Shown one piece after another: positions 39,535-51,924 of a DNA stretch of 64,000 bases (its first letter is position 1; each line of letters starts with the position of its first letter). The notes beneath the pieces were generated by a model. It did not search any database. It saw nothing but the letters and a program-made list of their open reading frames with translations, and was not told the DNA's origin. Origin of the DNA: Candidatus Daviesbacteria bacterium (lineage in GTDB: Bacteria > Patescibacteriota > Microgenomatia > Daviesbacterales > UBA10151); NCBI GenBank assembly GCA_030648435.1, contig JAUSHE010000014.1, forward strand, positions 4,466 to 68,465, read 5' to 3'. The position numbers and the translations under genes were made by a program.

Positions 39535-41007
39535 ATGTTTTCTTCTTGGAATAAATATGTACTACTCTTTTTCTTAACTTACTTATCTATTGGTTTATTT
39601 ATATATAAAGATTATGGCATATCCTGGGACGAACCATCACAAAGACAGGTGGGTTATGTGAACTATGTTTATTTAACAGGTAAGGATAAGGAGGTGCTGT
39701 CTAATTTTGCAGATAAATATTATGGTCCTGTTTTTGAACTACCACTAATAATAATGGAGAGAGTTTTACGTGTTGAGGATCCCAAGACTATTTATCAGAT
39801 GAGGCACCTGATAACTTTTGGTATTTTTTATCTCGGTGTAATTTTTTTCTATTTTTTGAATACATTAATCTTTAATGACAAAAAGTATGGATTGATTGCC
39901 TGCGTCTTATTGGTCTTAAGTCCTCGAATATTTGCTGATAGTTTTTATAATTCAAAAGATATCCCTTTTCTTTCTTTTTTTATAATCTCAACATTCACGC
40001 TCTTCAAATTAATAGAAAAAAGGTCGTGGAAGTGGGTCTTCCTTCATGCGTTCGCTACAACTTTGTTGGTAGGAATTAGAGCGATAGGTATTATTATGCC
40101 TTTAATAACACTTCTGGTTCTGTTAAAAGAGAATTTTATTCATCATAAGACATTTCTTAAAAAAATAGTTGTATACCTGTTTGTTACCATGCTAATGATT
40201 GTACTTTCTTGGCCTCTTTTATGGATGAATCCGTTAAATATACTTAGCGTGTTAAAGAATATGGTAAATTTCAATTATCAAACTAATTTACCTATTTTAT
40301 ACATGGGTAAATATATATCTCCTTTTTCCGTTCCGTGGCACTATATCCCTGTGTGGATTTTTATTACGGTACCCGTAACGTACGGCGTATTATTTGTAAT
40401 TGGGTTAATTAGAACGATTTTTGAAAAGAATGTTTTAAATCTAGTGTTGTTATTATTAATTATCTCTCCGGTTATTGGAGTAATTATCTTACATTCGACG
40501 TTATATGATGGTTGGAGGCATCTATATTTTGTCTATCCCTTTATGGTGATTTTTATGGTTAGAGGACTTAAATCGGTGCCCCGACCTTTAGTTATTTTAA
40601 CTTGCATAGAAATAGTCACAGTTATAATTTTTATGTGGAGATATCATCCTTATCAGAATCTATATTTTAATATTGCATTGAATCAGAATATGAAAGAGGT
40701 AAAACAGAATTACGAGCTTGACTATTGGGGTTTATCCTACCGTCAAGCCTTAGAGTTTATAGTGAAAAATGATTCTGCTGAAAAAATACCTGTTCTTGTT
40801 GCAAATAATCCGGGAAATTCGAATTCTTTAATGTTGGATCAAGTTGATCGTCAAAGGTTACAATATTTACCGGACGGTGATCTTACAAATGCTAAATATT
40901 TTGTGAGTAATTACCGATGGCATATTGATGATTATAGTTATGGACAAGAAGTGTATAATTTCCAGATAGGAGGAGCAAAAATTATATCAGTTTACAAATT
41001 AAAATAG
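39535..41007 (+). CDS. ArnT/PMT_2-like GT-C glycosyltransferase
   Basis: DYGISWDE, YYGPVFE, SPRIFADSFYNSKDIPF, PWHY, LYDGWRH and DYWG.SY motifs. Confidence 0.78.
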   Translation: MFSSWNKYVLLFFLTYLSIGLFIYKDYGISWDEPSQRQVGYVNYVYLTGKDKEVLSNFADKYYGPVFELPLIIMERVLRVEDPKTIYQMRHLITFGIFYLGVIFFYFLNTLIFNDKKYGLIACVLLVLSPRIFADSFYNSKDIPFLSFFIISTFTLFKLIEKRSWKWVFLHAFATTLLVGIRAIGIIMPLITLLVLLKENFIHHKTFLKKIVVYLFVTMLMIVLSWPLLWMNPLNILSVLKNMVNFNYQTNLPILYMGKYISPFSVPWHYIPVWIFITVPVTYGVLFVIGLIRTIFEKNVLNLVLLLLIISPVIGVIILHSTLYDGWRHLYFVYPFMVIFMVRGLKSVPRPLVILTCIEIVTVIIFMWRYHPYQNLYFNIALNQNMKEVKQNYELDYWGLSYRQALEFIVKNDSAEKIPVLVANNPGNSNSLMLDQVDRQRLQYLPDGDLTNAKYFVSNYRWHIDDYSYGQEVYNFQIGGAKIISVYKLK

Positions 41008-42192
41008 ATGATTAAGAAGATAACAGTATTATTTCTGACCTGGAGAATAGGGTTATTTGTAGTTGCCGCTTTAGCGGTTAAATTCATTCCGGTTTTCGGG
41101 AACCGTTTTCCTTATTTTAATCAGGTATTGGCAGTGACAGGATTGCCTTCGTGGGTGTGGGGATTTGGAAATTTTGACGGGGTGCATTATTTAAGAATTG
41201 CCCAAAACGGCTACAACGCAGAGTACTCTCAAGCCTTCTTCCCGCTATATCCTTTGTTGGTACACTTCTTTACAAATCTAAATTTACTCGTACACAAGAA
41301 TCCGATACTTGACACTAGAATTTATGTAGATCCCAGTTATTTCTTTACGGGATTCATACTTTCAAATATTTTTTTTCTATTGGCACTTATATTCTTCTAT
41401 AAATTAGTAAGGATAGACTTCAGTCAAAAAGTAGCTTTTGGAGCGTTAATTTTATTGGTATCTTTTCCTACATCTTTTTACTTTGGCTCCATTTATACAG
41501 AGTCACTCTTTTTATTTCTGTCATTAGGAGCAATTTATTTTGCAAGAAAAGGTAACTTTCTTGCTGCTGGTGTATTTACTATGTTTGCTTCTGCTACAAG
41601 AATTTTCGGTTTACTTTTGATTCCGCTTATCTTGAATGAAATTTATATAAGATTGAAGAAAGAAGGATTAAGTTTAAGAAGCGGAGAATTAACGAAAGCA
41701 ATTATAGGAGTTTTACTAACTCCTTTTGGCAGTTTACTTTATATGTTATATTTAAAATTAAATTTTGATAACCCGTTATATTTTTTAACTTCACAACCAC
41801 TTTTTGGCGCCGAGAGAACCTCGGGAGGTTTCATTTTGTTACCTCAAGTTATTTATAGATATCTAAAAATTTTTATGACTGTTCCTATTTCATCTCAACT
41901 ATTTTTTAATGCATTTTTAGAATTCAGTTTTACAATTGTTGCTTTGGTATGCTTATTGTTATTTGTTAAAAAAATGAGGATCAGCTATTTTATATTCACT
42001 TTAGGCTGTTTGATTATGCCTACTTTGACAGGAACACTCTCTTCGATGCCCAGGTATTCTTTAATGGGTTTTTTGCTTCTTCCTTTTATTGTGCAATCAA
42101 CAAAAGGATACTATAAATTAGTGGCTGGTTTATTTATAATTATTGGAATTATTCTAACAAGCCTTTTTATTAGAGGTTATTGGGTAGCATAA
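41008..42192 (+). CDS. GT-C mannosyltransferase, PIG-V/Mannosyl_trans2-like
   Basis: NFDGVHYLRIAQNGY, AFFPLYP, FPTSFY..SIYTESLFL, TRIFG and SMPRY motifs. Confidence 0.8.
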   Translation: MIKKITVLFLTWRIGLFVVAALAVKFIPVFGNRFPYFNQVLAVTGLPSWVWGFGNFDGVHYLRIAQNGYNAEYSQAFFPLYPLLVHFFTNLNLLVHKNPILDTRIYVDPSYFFTGFILSNIFFLLALIFFYKLVRIDFSQKVAFGALILLVSFPTSFYFGSIYTESLFLFLSLGAIYFARKGNFLAAGVFTMFASATRIFGLLLIPLILNEIYIRLKKEGLSLRSGELTKAIIGVLLTPFGSLLYMLYLKLNFDNPLYFLTSQPLFGAERTSGGFILLPQVIYRYLKIFMTVPISSQLFFNAFLEFSFTIVALVCLLLFVKKMRISYFIFTLGCLIMPTLTGTLSSMPRYSLMGFLLLPFIVQSTKGYYKLVAGLFIIIGIILTSLFIRGYWVA

Positions 42193-42202
42193 ATAAATTT
42201 AA

Positions 42203-42862
42203 ATGAATATCTTTATTGTGATTCCGGTGTTTAATGAGAGTAAAAAGATTGAAGGGGTTTTGACTGATCTTAAAGGTTTAGGTCTTCCGATTATTGTTGT
42301 TGATGACGGATCTAAGGATTCTACTTTAGAGAAGGTAAAGAAGTTTCAGGTTACAGTATTGAGACATAGAATTAATCTGGGCAAGGGAGCTGCATTAAAA
42401 ACCGGTTGCGAAGTAGCCATCTCGATGGGTGCTGATGCAATAATAATGATGGATTCAGATGGGCAGCATAAGGGAGAAGACTTGCCTAAATTTATTAATG
42501 CGTTAGAAACTAAAAAAGTAGATATCGTTTTTGGTTCCAGAAATTTAAGTATGGGTGTGCCTTTAGTAAGATTTCTTGGAAATAAATTTGCCTCCGTCTT
42601 AATTGTATTGTTTTTCAAGATTTACGTTTCTGATTTAATTTGCGGATACCGGGCCTTAACGAAGAAAGCTTATATGCAAATGAATCTTAAGTCGTCTGGT
42701 TACGGGATCGAGACTGAGATGGTGGTGAAGGTAGCAAAATTGAAACTAAGATATTGCGAGATCCCCATTGAAACAATATACTATGATAGGTTTAAAGGAG
42801 TAACGATTATGGATGCTTTTGGTGTTTTATTTAATGTAGTTAAATGGAGAATTTTTAAATGA
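42203..42862 (+). CDS. GT2 polyprenol-phosphate sugar synthase (GacI/DPM-like)
   Basis: VIPVFNE, VDDGSKD, HRINLGKGAALKTG, MDSDGQH, FGSR and D..CGYRA motifs; followed by a DUF2304-like gene. Confidence 0.82.
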   Translation: MNIFIVIPVFNESKKIEGVLTDLKGLGLPIIVVDDGSKDSTLEKVKKFQVTVLRHRINLGKGAALKTGCEVAISMGADAIIMMDSDGQHKGEDLPKFINALETKKVDIVFGSRNLSMGVPLVRFLGNKFASVLIVLFFKIYVSDLICGYRALTKKAYMQMNLKSSGYGIETEMVVKVAKLKLRYCEIPIETIYYDRFKGVTIMDAFGVLFNVVKWRIFK

Positions 42863-43183
42863 TTTTAGGATTGCAAATTATTGCCGTTATATTTGCTCTT
42901 ATAATGATTTATTTTGCGTATCTTCATTATAGGAGAGGCGAGATAAATGGTTTAGAGATGTTTTTTTGGCTCCTTGCCTGGACAGGTGCGGTATTTATTG
43001 CCCTCTTTCCGGAAATATTCAGGGTATTTTCTGCTACAATTGCAATTTCGCGGGCTTTTGATCTGGCTATGATAGGTGGATTTGTACTGGTGATTCCGAT
43101 CGTCTATAGTGCTTATATCAGAACAAAGAGGTTAGAAAAGAAACTTGAAGAACTTATCAGAAAGGATGCTTTAAAAGGTTTGA

Positions 43184-45631
<2,448 letters not shown>

Positions 45632-45635
<4 letters not shown>

Positions 45636-46513
45636 GTTAATTTAATCAATCTGCCATTATTTTTAACAGATTTTTCTATTGCGGAAAGAATTTTCACTAC
45701 AGAAACCCCACAATCTATATTAGAAGTAATTTTTTTAATACCTTGGATTGCTTGTGTGAATTCTACTAATTCTTCAGTTAAAGCAGATCCGGTAGTTTTG
45801 GTGTAATCCAATTCCCTCTTTTTATTTTTTCTTTTGATAGTTAGTCTTCTAACCTTATGCGATCCCAGCCAGCTAATACTTATTGAAGCTTCTATTCCGT
45901 TTGCAAACCGTATTAAAGCATTTGTCGTGTCATATAGCTTATTGTTTGGATCTGCTATTGAACCAGTTGCCGTCACCTCTACTACTGGTTGTTTAATTAA
46001 ATCAAGAAATATTGAAACTGGATGAGGGCCCCAGTCCCAGATGACAGAGATATCATTTCTAATATGACTACTTAGTCCCTCAAAATGCATGGAATTGATC
46101 GTTTTTGTATCTTCTAGTGCTTTTTTAAATGATTGATATGCTGGGTCATATATATAAGTATGGCCGATTAAAACTTGAGGTTTTTTATTTTGCCATATTT
46201 TTCGTAATTCAAAAGCTTGTCGATAGTTTGTGGTAAAAGGTTTTTCAACCAGTAGATTATTGCCTAAAGACAGTAGTTTTTTAGCTATAACAAAATGTGT
46301 TGAAGCTGGAGTTGCAAGAATAAAACCTTCTATATCTTTGTATTTAAGTAAATCATTAACTGATAAGGTTTTGATATAAGCGTGAGGCAAGAGGTTTAAT
46401 GTTTGTTGAGTTTGAGCGCAGACGTATTTTATTTGAACATTTTTTAATGTAGCAGCAGTACGCAAATAATTCTGACCCCATTTACCAATACCGATAAGAG
46501 CCAAAGTAATCAT
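45632..46513 (-). CDS. Gfo/Idh/MocA oxidoreductase
   Basis: LIGIGKWG, ATPASTH, LVEKP, GH.Y.YDP and WDWGPHPVS motifs. Start moved to ATG 46513 (MITLALIG), 1 nt after the upstream gene's stop. Confidence 0.8.
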
Positions 46514-46514
46514 T

Positions 46515-47573
46515 TTACAGATGATAATTTTGCTTAAACCATTTAATTGTTTGTTTGAGGCCTGTTTTAAGATCAACTTTTGGTTCGTAATTTAATTGCT
46601 TTATAATTTTTGTTAAATCAGGACAACGCCTTTGTGGTTCTCCGGCAGGGTAATTTAGTGGGTAATTTTTTCTCCGTGGCTTAGATCCGTTATTTAACAT
46701 ATCTACTATAGTTTGGGCTAGCTCAAACATGCCAATTTCCGGCTTATCATTGCCAATGTTATACACCTCTCCTGTTTTTCCGGAGATTAATACTTTAAGG
46801 ATTGCTACAATTGCATCTGTTATATAGCAAAAAGTTCGTGTTTGAACCCCTTTGTCGTGTACGGGGAGATTTTTACCTTTTAAGCCATTATAAATAAAGG
46901 TAGGAATCACACGGTAATCAATATGTTTCATGCCTGGTCCGTATATGTTAAAGGGTCGAACAATCTTAACGGGAATATTATAAATCTGATGATAAGTAAT
47001 ACATAATGTTTCAGCTAGTCGCTTGGATTCATCATAGCAAGCTCTTGGTCCTACACTTGAAACATGCCCGGCATAGGTTTCCGGAGTTGGAACAAATTTA
47101 GGATCCGGATCACCGTATATTTCACTGGACGAAAAAAACAAAAAGCTTACCGGTTTAGTTATTCGTGCCAACTCTAACAAATTTTTTGCGCCCAATATTG
47201 CACTCTCTATTGTTTCTAAAGGATATTTTTTATAGTAGAAGGGAGAAGCAAGTCCTGCTGCATGAATAATATAGTCTACTTTATCAGTTGTAATTACCGG
47301 GAGCCTTATATCTCCGTCCTGAAACTGGAAATTCTTATCTTTAATATCCAGTAAGAAATTTTTCTTCGAACCGGTTATATAATTATCAATTGATATCACT
47401 TTACATTTGTTTTTAAACACTTTTTTATTTAACAGATATAAAACTGCGTTAATATAACTTCCTATAAATCCTGATCCTCCGGATATAAGAATTGTTTTGC
47501 CTTCAAGAGCTTTTGCTTCTTCTTTGATATCGCTGACAATAGTATTTAGGAGTTGAGAAGTAATTTTTGACAT
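46515..47573 (-). CDS. UDP-glucuronate decarboxylase (UXS)-like extended SDR
   Basis: SGGSGFIG, AGLASP..Y, SSSEIYGDP, GPRACYDESKR, RPFN.YGP, TRTFCY..D and PQRRCPD motifs. Confidence 0.78.
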   Translation of the reverse strand: MSKITSQLLNTIVSDIKEEAKALEGKTILISGGSGFIGSYINAVLYLLNKKVFKNKCKVISIDNYITGSKKNFLLDIKDKNFQFQDGDIRLPVITTDKVDYIIHAAGLASPFYYKKYPLETIESAILGAKNLLELARITKPVSFLFFSSSEIYGDPDPKFVPTPETYAGHVSSVGPRACYDESKRLAETLCITYHQIYNIPVKIVRPFNIYGPGMKHIDYRVIPTFIYNGLKGKNLPVHDKGVQTRTFCYITDAIVAILKVLISGKTGEVYNIGNDKPEIGMFELAQTIVDMLNNGSKPRRKNYPLNYPAGEPQRRCPDLTKIIKQLNYEPKVDLKTGLKQTIKWFKQNYHL

Positions 47574-48827
47574 TTATATTATTTTTGCTTTTGGAACAGG
47601 TATTATAAAACGACCACCGTTTATTTTAAAGCTTGATAATTTATCCATAATTGGATTGGCAAAATTCCAAGCTAGGATGAATATATAATCAGGTTTGGTC
47701 TCTGAGATTTTATTAAAAGGAAAGACTGGGATATGAGTACCAGGAGTATAGAGTCCTTGTTTATACGCACTGTCGTCTACTATATAATCTAGAATTTGTG
47801 GTCCAATTTTATAGAAATTTAGCAAAGTATTCCCCTTTGCCGGAGCACCGTATCCTACGATAGTCTTTCCCTGCGATTTCAATTTTTTAAGAAGAACAGT
47901 AAGTTCTCTCCTGTTATTTTTAATGGCTTTTGCGAAATCCAGATATGTTTTGGTTTCATTAAGTCCTAAGTTTTTTTCCTCGTCCAAGAACTTTTGTACA
48001 GCTTTCTTTACTTTGTATTTAGCGCCCATTTTTTTACCATAGATCCGTAGTGACCCACCGTGAGAACTGACCTTTTTGGCGTCAAATATTTCCATGTTCA
48101 GTCTTTTAAAAATTGCAGAGAGAGATCTGACCGAAAGATATGATAAATGTTCATGGTAGATTGTATCGAATAGATTCTTTTTTATAAAATCAATCAGATA
48201 CGGAAATTCAATTACAAAAACCCCGTCGTCTTTAGTTAAAATTTTAACTGATTCTATAATCTCATCTAAATCGTGAATATGGGCAAAGGCATTATTGGCG
48301 GTGACAACATCAGCCTGTCCGAATTTATCTACAATGTTTTTGGCGACTTTAGTGTTTAGGAAAAAAGGTAAAGTTTGAAGGCCTGAGTTCGTTGCTTTCT
48401 TTGCGATTTTTATTGCAGGGTCGACCCCCAGTATTTTGATACCGGCTTTTTTTAACGGTCTAAGCAAAATTCCATCATTGCTACCTATATCAACCACCAA
48501 AGATTTTTTGTTTAATTTAAACCTTTTTATTAAATCGCCGGCATATTCTTCGAAATGAGTAACAAAAACAGCTGAAGTAGAGGATACGTAGACATAATTT
48601 CTAAAAAGTAATTCCGGAGAAACAACATGGGTTAGTTGCAACTGGCCGCAATCGATACAAAAATTGACTTGTAACGGAAAAAATGATTCATTCTTTTTTA
48701 GATCAGTCTTTGTTAGAAATGCGTTAGCAGGGGGAGTGGGGGACAAGGAGATGATTCTCTTAAGACTTCTTCCCTTACACATTCGGCAGTAGTTTAATTT
48801 AAATACCGAATGATTATTGTTTGTCAT
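47574..48827 (-). CDS. NDP-hexose C-methyltransferase (TcaB9/NovU-like), copy 1
   Basis: Zn-binding CRMC...C..CG..QL, DIGSNDG, NNAFAH, FDTIYHEHLSY, HGGSLR, YGAPAKGNTLL, KQG.YTPG.HIP and LAWN motifs. Confidence 0.88.
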   Translation of the reverse strand: MTNNNHSVFKLNYCRMCKGRSLKRIISLSPTPPANAFLTKTDLKKNESFFPLQVNFCIDCGQLQLTHVVSPELLFRNYVYVSSTSAVFVTHFEEYAGDLIKRFKLNKKSLVVDIGSNDGILLRPLKKAGIKILGVDPAIKIAKKATNSGLQTLPFFLNTKVAKNIVDKFGQADVVTANNAFAHIHDLDEIIESVKILTKDDGVFVIEFPYLIDFIKKNLFDTIYHEHLSYLSVRSLSAIFKRLNMEIFDAKKVSSHGGSLRIYGKKMGAKYKVKKAVQKFLDEEKNLGLNETKTYLDFAKAIKNNRRELTVLLKKLKSQGKTIVGYGAPAKGNTLLNFYKIGPQILDYIVDDSAYKQGLYTPGTHIPVFPFNKISETKPDYIFILAWNFANPIMDKLSSFKINGGRFIIPVPKAKII

Positions 48828-49218
48828 CCGTGGTAATTTTAATCCTTACTAAATCGTCTTCGTATTTTCCTTGCTGGCGGTGCTCTGTTGTGATAGCCAG
48901 AAAAACCGTATCTTCCATAAATTCCATGGCATGAGCAATCATTGGTTTAGTAAGTACCAGGTCACCAGGTTTTAAAATTACTGATTCTACTTTCGAATTT
49001 GATTTCTTCATATTTTTCTCGGAGTATCTAAATTTTCCGCTTAAACAATACACATAATGAGCATCCTTTTTATGGTAATGATTTGCTCTCTGGGTACCTG
49101 CTTTACTGGTAATATACAAAACTGCTACGAATTTTTTTCCATCATCATTTACCAAACGGGTAATGTATCCCCGGTCATCAATAAATTCTGGTTTTACGTG
49201 AGTTACGTTAATTGCCAT
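48814..49218 (-). CDS. Cupin-fold sugar isomerase/epimerase (FdtA/WxcM-like)
   Basis: DDRG, RANHYH, LSG and PMIAHA motifs; 134 aa. Confidence 0.7.
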   Translation of the reverse strand: MAINVTHVKPEFIDDRGYITRLVNDDGKKFVAVLYITSKAGTQRANHYHKKDAHYVYCLSGKFRYSEKNMKKSNSKVESVILKPGDLVLTKPMIAHAMEFMEDTVFLAITTEHRQQGKYEDDLVRIKITTDDKQ

Positions 49219-49233
49219 ATGAATATAGGGTTT

Positions 49234-49262
49234 AGTGTATAGAGGATTCTGCTTCTTGTCAA
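49234..49262 (-). promoter_or_regulatory. sigma70 promoter for the cupin/C-MT/UXS/Gfo operon
   Basis: On the minus strand: TTGACA (49262-49257)-N17-TACACT (49239-49234). Confidence 0.7.
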
Positions 49263-49266
49263 GGAA

Positions 49267-49295
49267 TTGCTATTGATAACCCATAGTGATATAAT
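49267..49295 (+). promoter_or_regulatory. sigma70 promoter with extended -10 for the DUF218-like gene
   Basis: TTGCTA (49267-49272)-N17-TATAAT (49290-49295), with TG at 49287-49288; 9 nt before ATG 49305. Confidence 0.7.
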
Positions 49296-49304
49296 ATTAT
49301 TCTT

Positions 49305-50021
49305 ATGATTGATAACTTAGATTCTCGGAATATCTATCAAGCAACGACGATGCTTTTGAGCGGTCGTCCAACTAAGCCGGTTGATGTTTTATTTTTCCAT
49401 GGTAGGTTATTTGGGGATGATACCGGTCTTTTTGAGCTGGCAGCTGATTTAGTTAAGAATAAAATGGTAGGAATAGTTGCACTATTTGGTAATGAAGGAG
49501 AAAGGGTTGGAAGTAATATTCCATTTGAAGCCAATCCAGGAAAAACATGGTATAGAAAACAGTTAATAGAGTATGGTGTTCCCCCAGATCAGATTATATT
49601 TGCTGCTGAAGGTGGGTATCATACTGAATTGGAAAGTGATGGTTTTCTTACGTTGGCAGCAGAAAAAGGTTGGTTGAGTGGTGCAATTTTAACTCAACCA
49701 CATCAATTACTTAGGGCCACCTTAGGCATGGTTAGAGCTATGCAGCAACAGTGGTATGTGATGAATGTCTATACAGTAACGCCACCTACAACTAACTGGA
49801 ATGAAATTGTTTTTGGTAGTCAAGGGATGGAGGCGAAACCTAGAGTTGATCATATTGTAGATGAATTAGTGCGTGTGGCAAAATATCAGCAAGACGGAGG
49901 TTTAGTTTCTTTTACAGAACTTTTTGCATATTTGGAAAAAAGGGATCGTAACGAATTAGTGCTTGGACCAACAGAGCGGGGCTCTCAACTTTTTACCAGA
50001 GGTCTACCCTCAGGAATTTAA
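49305..50021 (+). CDS. DUF218/YdcF (ElyC/SanA)-like protein
   Basis: L.EYGVP.D.I, HT..E, GW....LT.PHQ.LRA and E..RV..YQ..G pattern typical of DUF218; no N-terminal TM helix. Confidence 0.55.
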   Translation: MIDNLDSRNIYQATTMLLSGRPTKPVDVLFFHGRLFGDDTGLFELAADLVKNKMVGIVALFGNEGERVGSNIPFEANPGKTWYRKQLIEYGVPPDQIIFAAEGGYHTELESDGFLTLAAEKGWLSGAILTQPHQLLRATLGMVRAMQQQWYVMNVYTVTPPTTNWNEIVFGSQGMEAKPRVDHIVDELVRVAKYQQDGGLVSFTELFAYLEKRDRNELVLGPTERGSQLFTRGLPSGI

Positions 50022-50076
50022 GAAAAATATATAGTGGCTTAATATCCGAGAATAGCAATCGGAGATATTTGTGTTA

Positions 50077-50082
50077 TATAAT
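50077..50082 (+). promoter_or_regulatory. Putative -10 box
   Basis: TATAAT at 50077-50082, 9 nt before ATG 50092. Confidence 0.45.
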
Positions 50083-50091
50083 TTTGGCTGG

Positions 50092-51924
50092 ATGATAAAA
50101 ACTTTAAAAGTTCATATTGCAGTTAAAGCTTTATTGTATTGGTATATATTTATTTTTATCTCAACTGAAGCTTTGTCCTATTTACATCTTTTGGAAAGAA
50201 ACTATATTCTCACTGCAGAAATCTTTTTTTGGGTAGTTTTCCTCTTTTTTAATCATCAGGAAATCAGGCGAAAAATCCAGGTTATTGATATCCGCTCAAA
50301 GAGCATACTATTTATATTAGCCCTGTTTGGATTAACTTTTATCCAAGGTTTTTTCAGTGCTCCAAGTACAACAGACAGCATGGTTTACCATATCCCAAGA
50401 GTTATGTATTGGATGCAGGAAAAAACTCTTTTTCAGGATGTAATTAGGAACAGTCATGATTATATGGCTCCGTTTGGAGAATATATTTTACTTCATCTAT
50501 ACCTTATTTTTGACAACGACAGGATGTTATTTTTCTCCCAGTGGATTGCTTATGTAGTATCAGTTGTACTCATCGGAATTATAGCTTCTCAATTTGGAGC
50601 AGATCAAAAGACAAAGCAATTAGTCAGGTTATTTACAGCCACATTACCTATTGCTGTTATGCAAGCTTCCAGTACTCAAGTTGACATGGTAGTTACAGTA
50701 TTGGTTCTTTTGAGTTTATACTTATCGATGCTACTTAGACAATTCTATGCTATTAAGCATTCAATATTGCTTGGTTTTGTTATAGGTTTGGGATTTCTAA
50801 CTAAAGCAACCTTTGTGTTTTATGTATTGATACCGATTGGTCTACTATTTTTCTCTTTGTGGCGACAATTTAAAAAATTGATATTAATAATATTACCCAT
50901 ACTGTTATTAACTATTATTCTGCAATTTAGATTTTTATCTCAAAATCTTTTATTATATGGAAATTTTCTTGGAGTAAAAGTATCCGAAAAAGGGGAAGAG
51001 GCGGTTTACATTAATGAAGTAATCAACCCTTCGAGCGTATTATCAAATTTAGTCCGTAATTTTCTTGTTCATCTTCCAATCCCCATCTTTTCATCATATA
51101 TACAAAATACAGTGGTACAACTACATAATTTAATTGGATTTGATATTAACGACCCAAGGATCACTTGCTGTGGTACAGAATTTAGTGTTAAGTCTATTCT
51201 GTATCCGCAGGAAGATATTGTTGCAAATCCGATACATCTAATTATTATTATATCGGGAGGATTTCTGTTTTTTTATAAAAGAAAACAACTTCATATAAAT
51301 CCTCAAATCAAAATCTTATATTTATTAACGATTGCTTCGCTTATTCTTTTTTCAGCATTCATCAAATGGCAACCTTTTCATCCAAGACTGGAGATTCCTT
51401 TTTTTATGGTAGGGACTATGAGTGCTATTATTATTATAAGTAACGCAAAAAAAATAAAACTACTTTATATAGGACTTATTTTATCTAGCGTAATTGTATT
51501 AATAGTGGTATTTCTAAATGTATCCAGGCCTTATATTTCATATAATGTATTTTACAATATGGTAAAAGCTCTCAAGCCTCCCCTTGCAAGTGTTCCTGAA
51601 GCATTTTATGTAAAGCCCCGCCAACAACAATATTTTAACGCCCGGTATTATTGGTATGAACCATATGGAAAAATTATTGATCTTCTCAAAAAAGAGAACA
51701 ATATAGAACTTGCTTTTAATTTAGGAGATGGATTTGAATATCCGTTATGGACGCTTTTCAGAAAATATAAGCTCAATTATCAGGTTGTACCTATGTCTAA
51801 ACTTTCAAAAAACACAATTATCATCTCAACATCGAAAGATCCCTACAAGAGGGAAGGCTATTTGACTGAGTGTATAAAAACTGAGATAGATTATGGTTAT
51901 GCATGTTTAACAATTGCGAACTGA
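50092..51924 (+). CDS. GT-C (ArnT/PMT_2-like) multi-pass glycosyltransferase
   Basis: P.T.DSMVYHIPRV.YW, QASSTQVD, G.LTK.T, NP.H and KWQPFH.RL motifs. ATG 50092 preferred because the GTG 50071 reading would run through the -10 box. Confidence 0.72.
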   Translation: MIKTLKVHIAVKALLYWYIFIFISTEALSYLHLLERNYILTAEIFFWVVFLFFNHQEIRRKIQVIDIRSKSILFILALFGLTFIQGFFSAPSTTDSMVYHIPRVMYWMQEKTLFQDVIRNSHDYMAPFGEYILLHLYLIFDNDRMLFFSQWIAYVVSVVLIGIIASQFGADQKTKQLVRLFTATLPIAVMQASSTQVDMVVTVLVLLSLYLSMLLRQFYAIKHSILLGFVIGLGFLTKATFVFYVLIPIGLLFFSLWRQFKKLILIILPILLLTIILQFRFLSQNLLLYGNFLGVKVSEKGEEAVYINEVINPSSVLSNLVRNFLVHLPIPIFSSYIQNTVVQLHNLIGFDINDPRITCCGTEFSVKSILYPQEDIVANPIHLIIIISGGFLFFYKRKQLHINPQIKILYLLTIASLILFSAFIKWQPFHPRLEIPFFMVGTMSAIIIISNAKKIKLLYIGLILSSVIVLIVVFLNVSRPYISYNVFYNMVKALKPPLASVPEAFYVKPRQQQYFNARYYWYEPYGKIIDLLKKENNIELAFNLGDGFEYPLWTLFRKYKLNYQVVPMSKLSKNTIIISTSKDPYKREGYLTECIKTEIDYGYACLTIAN

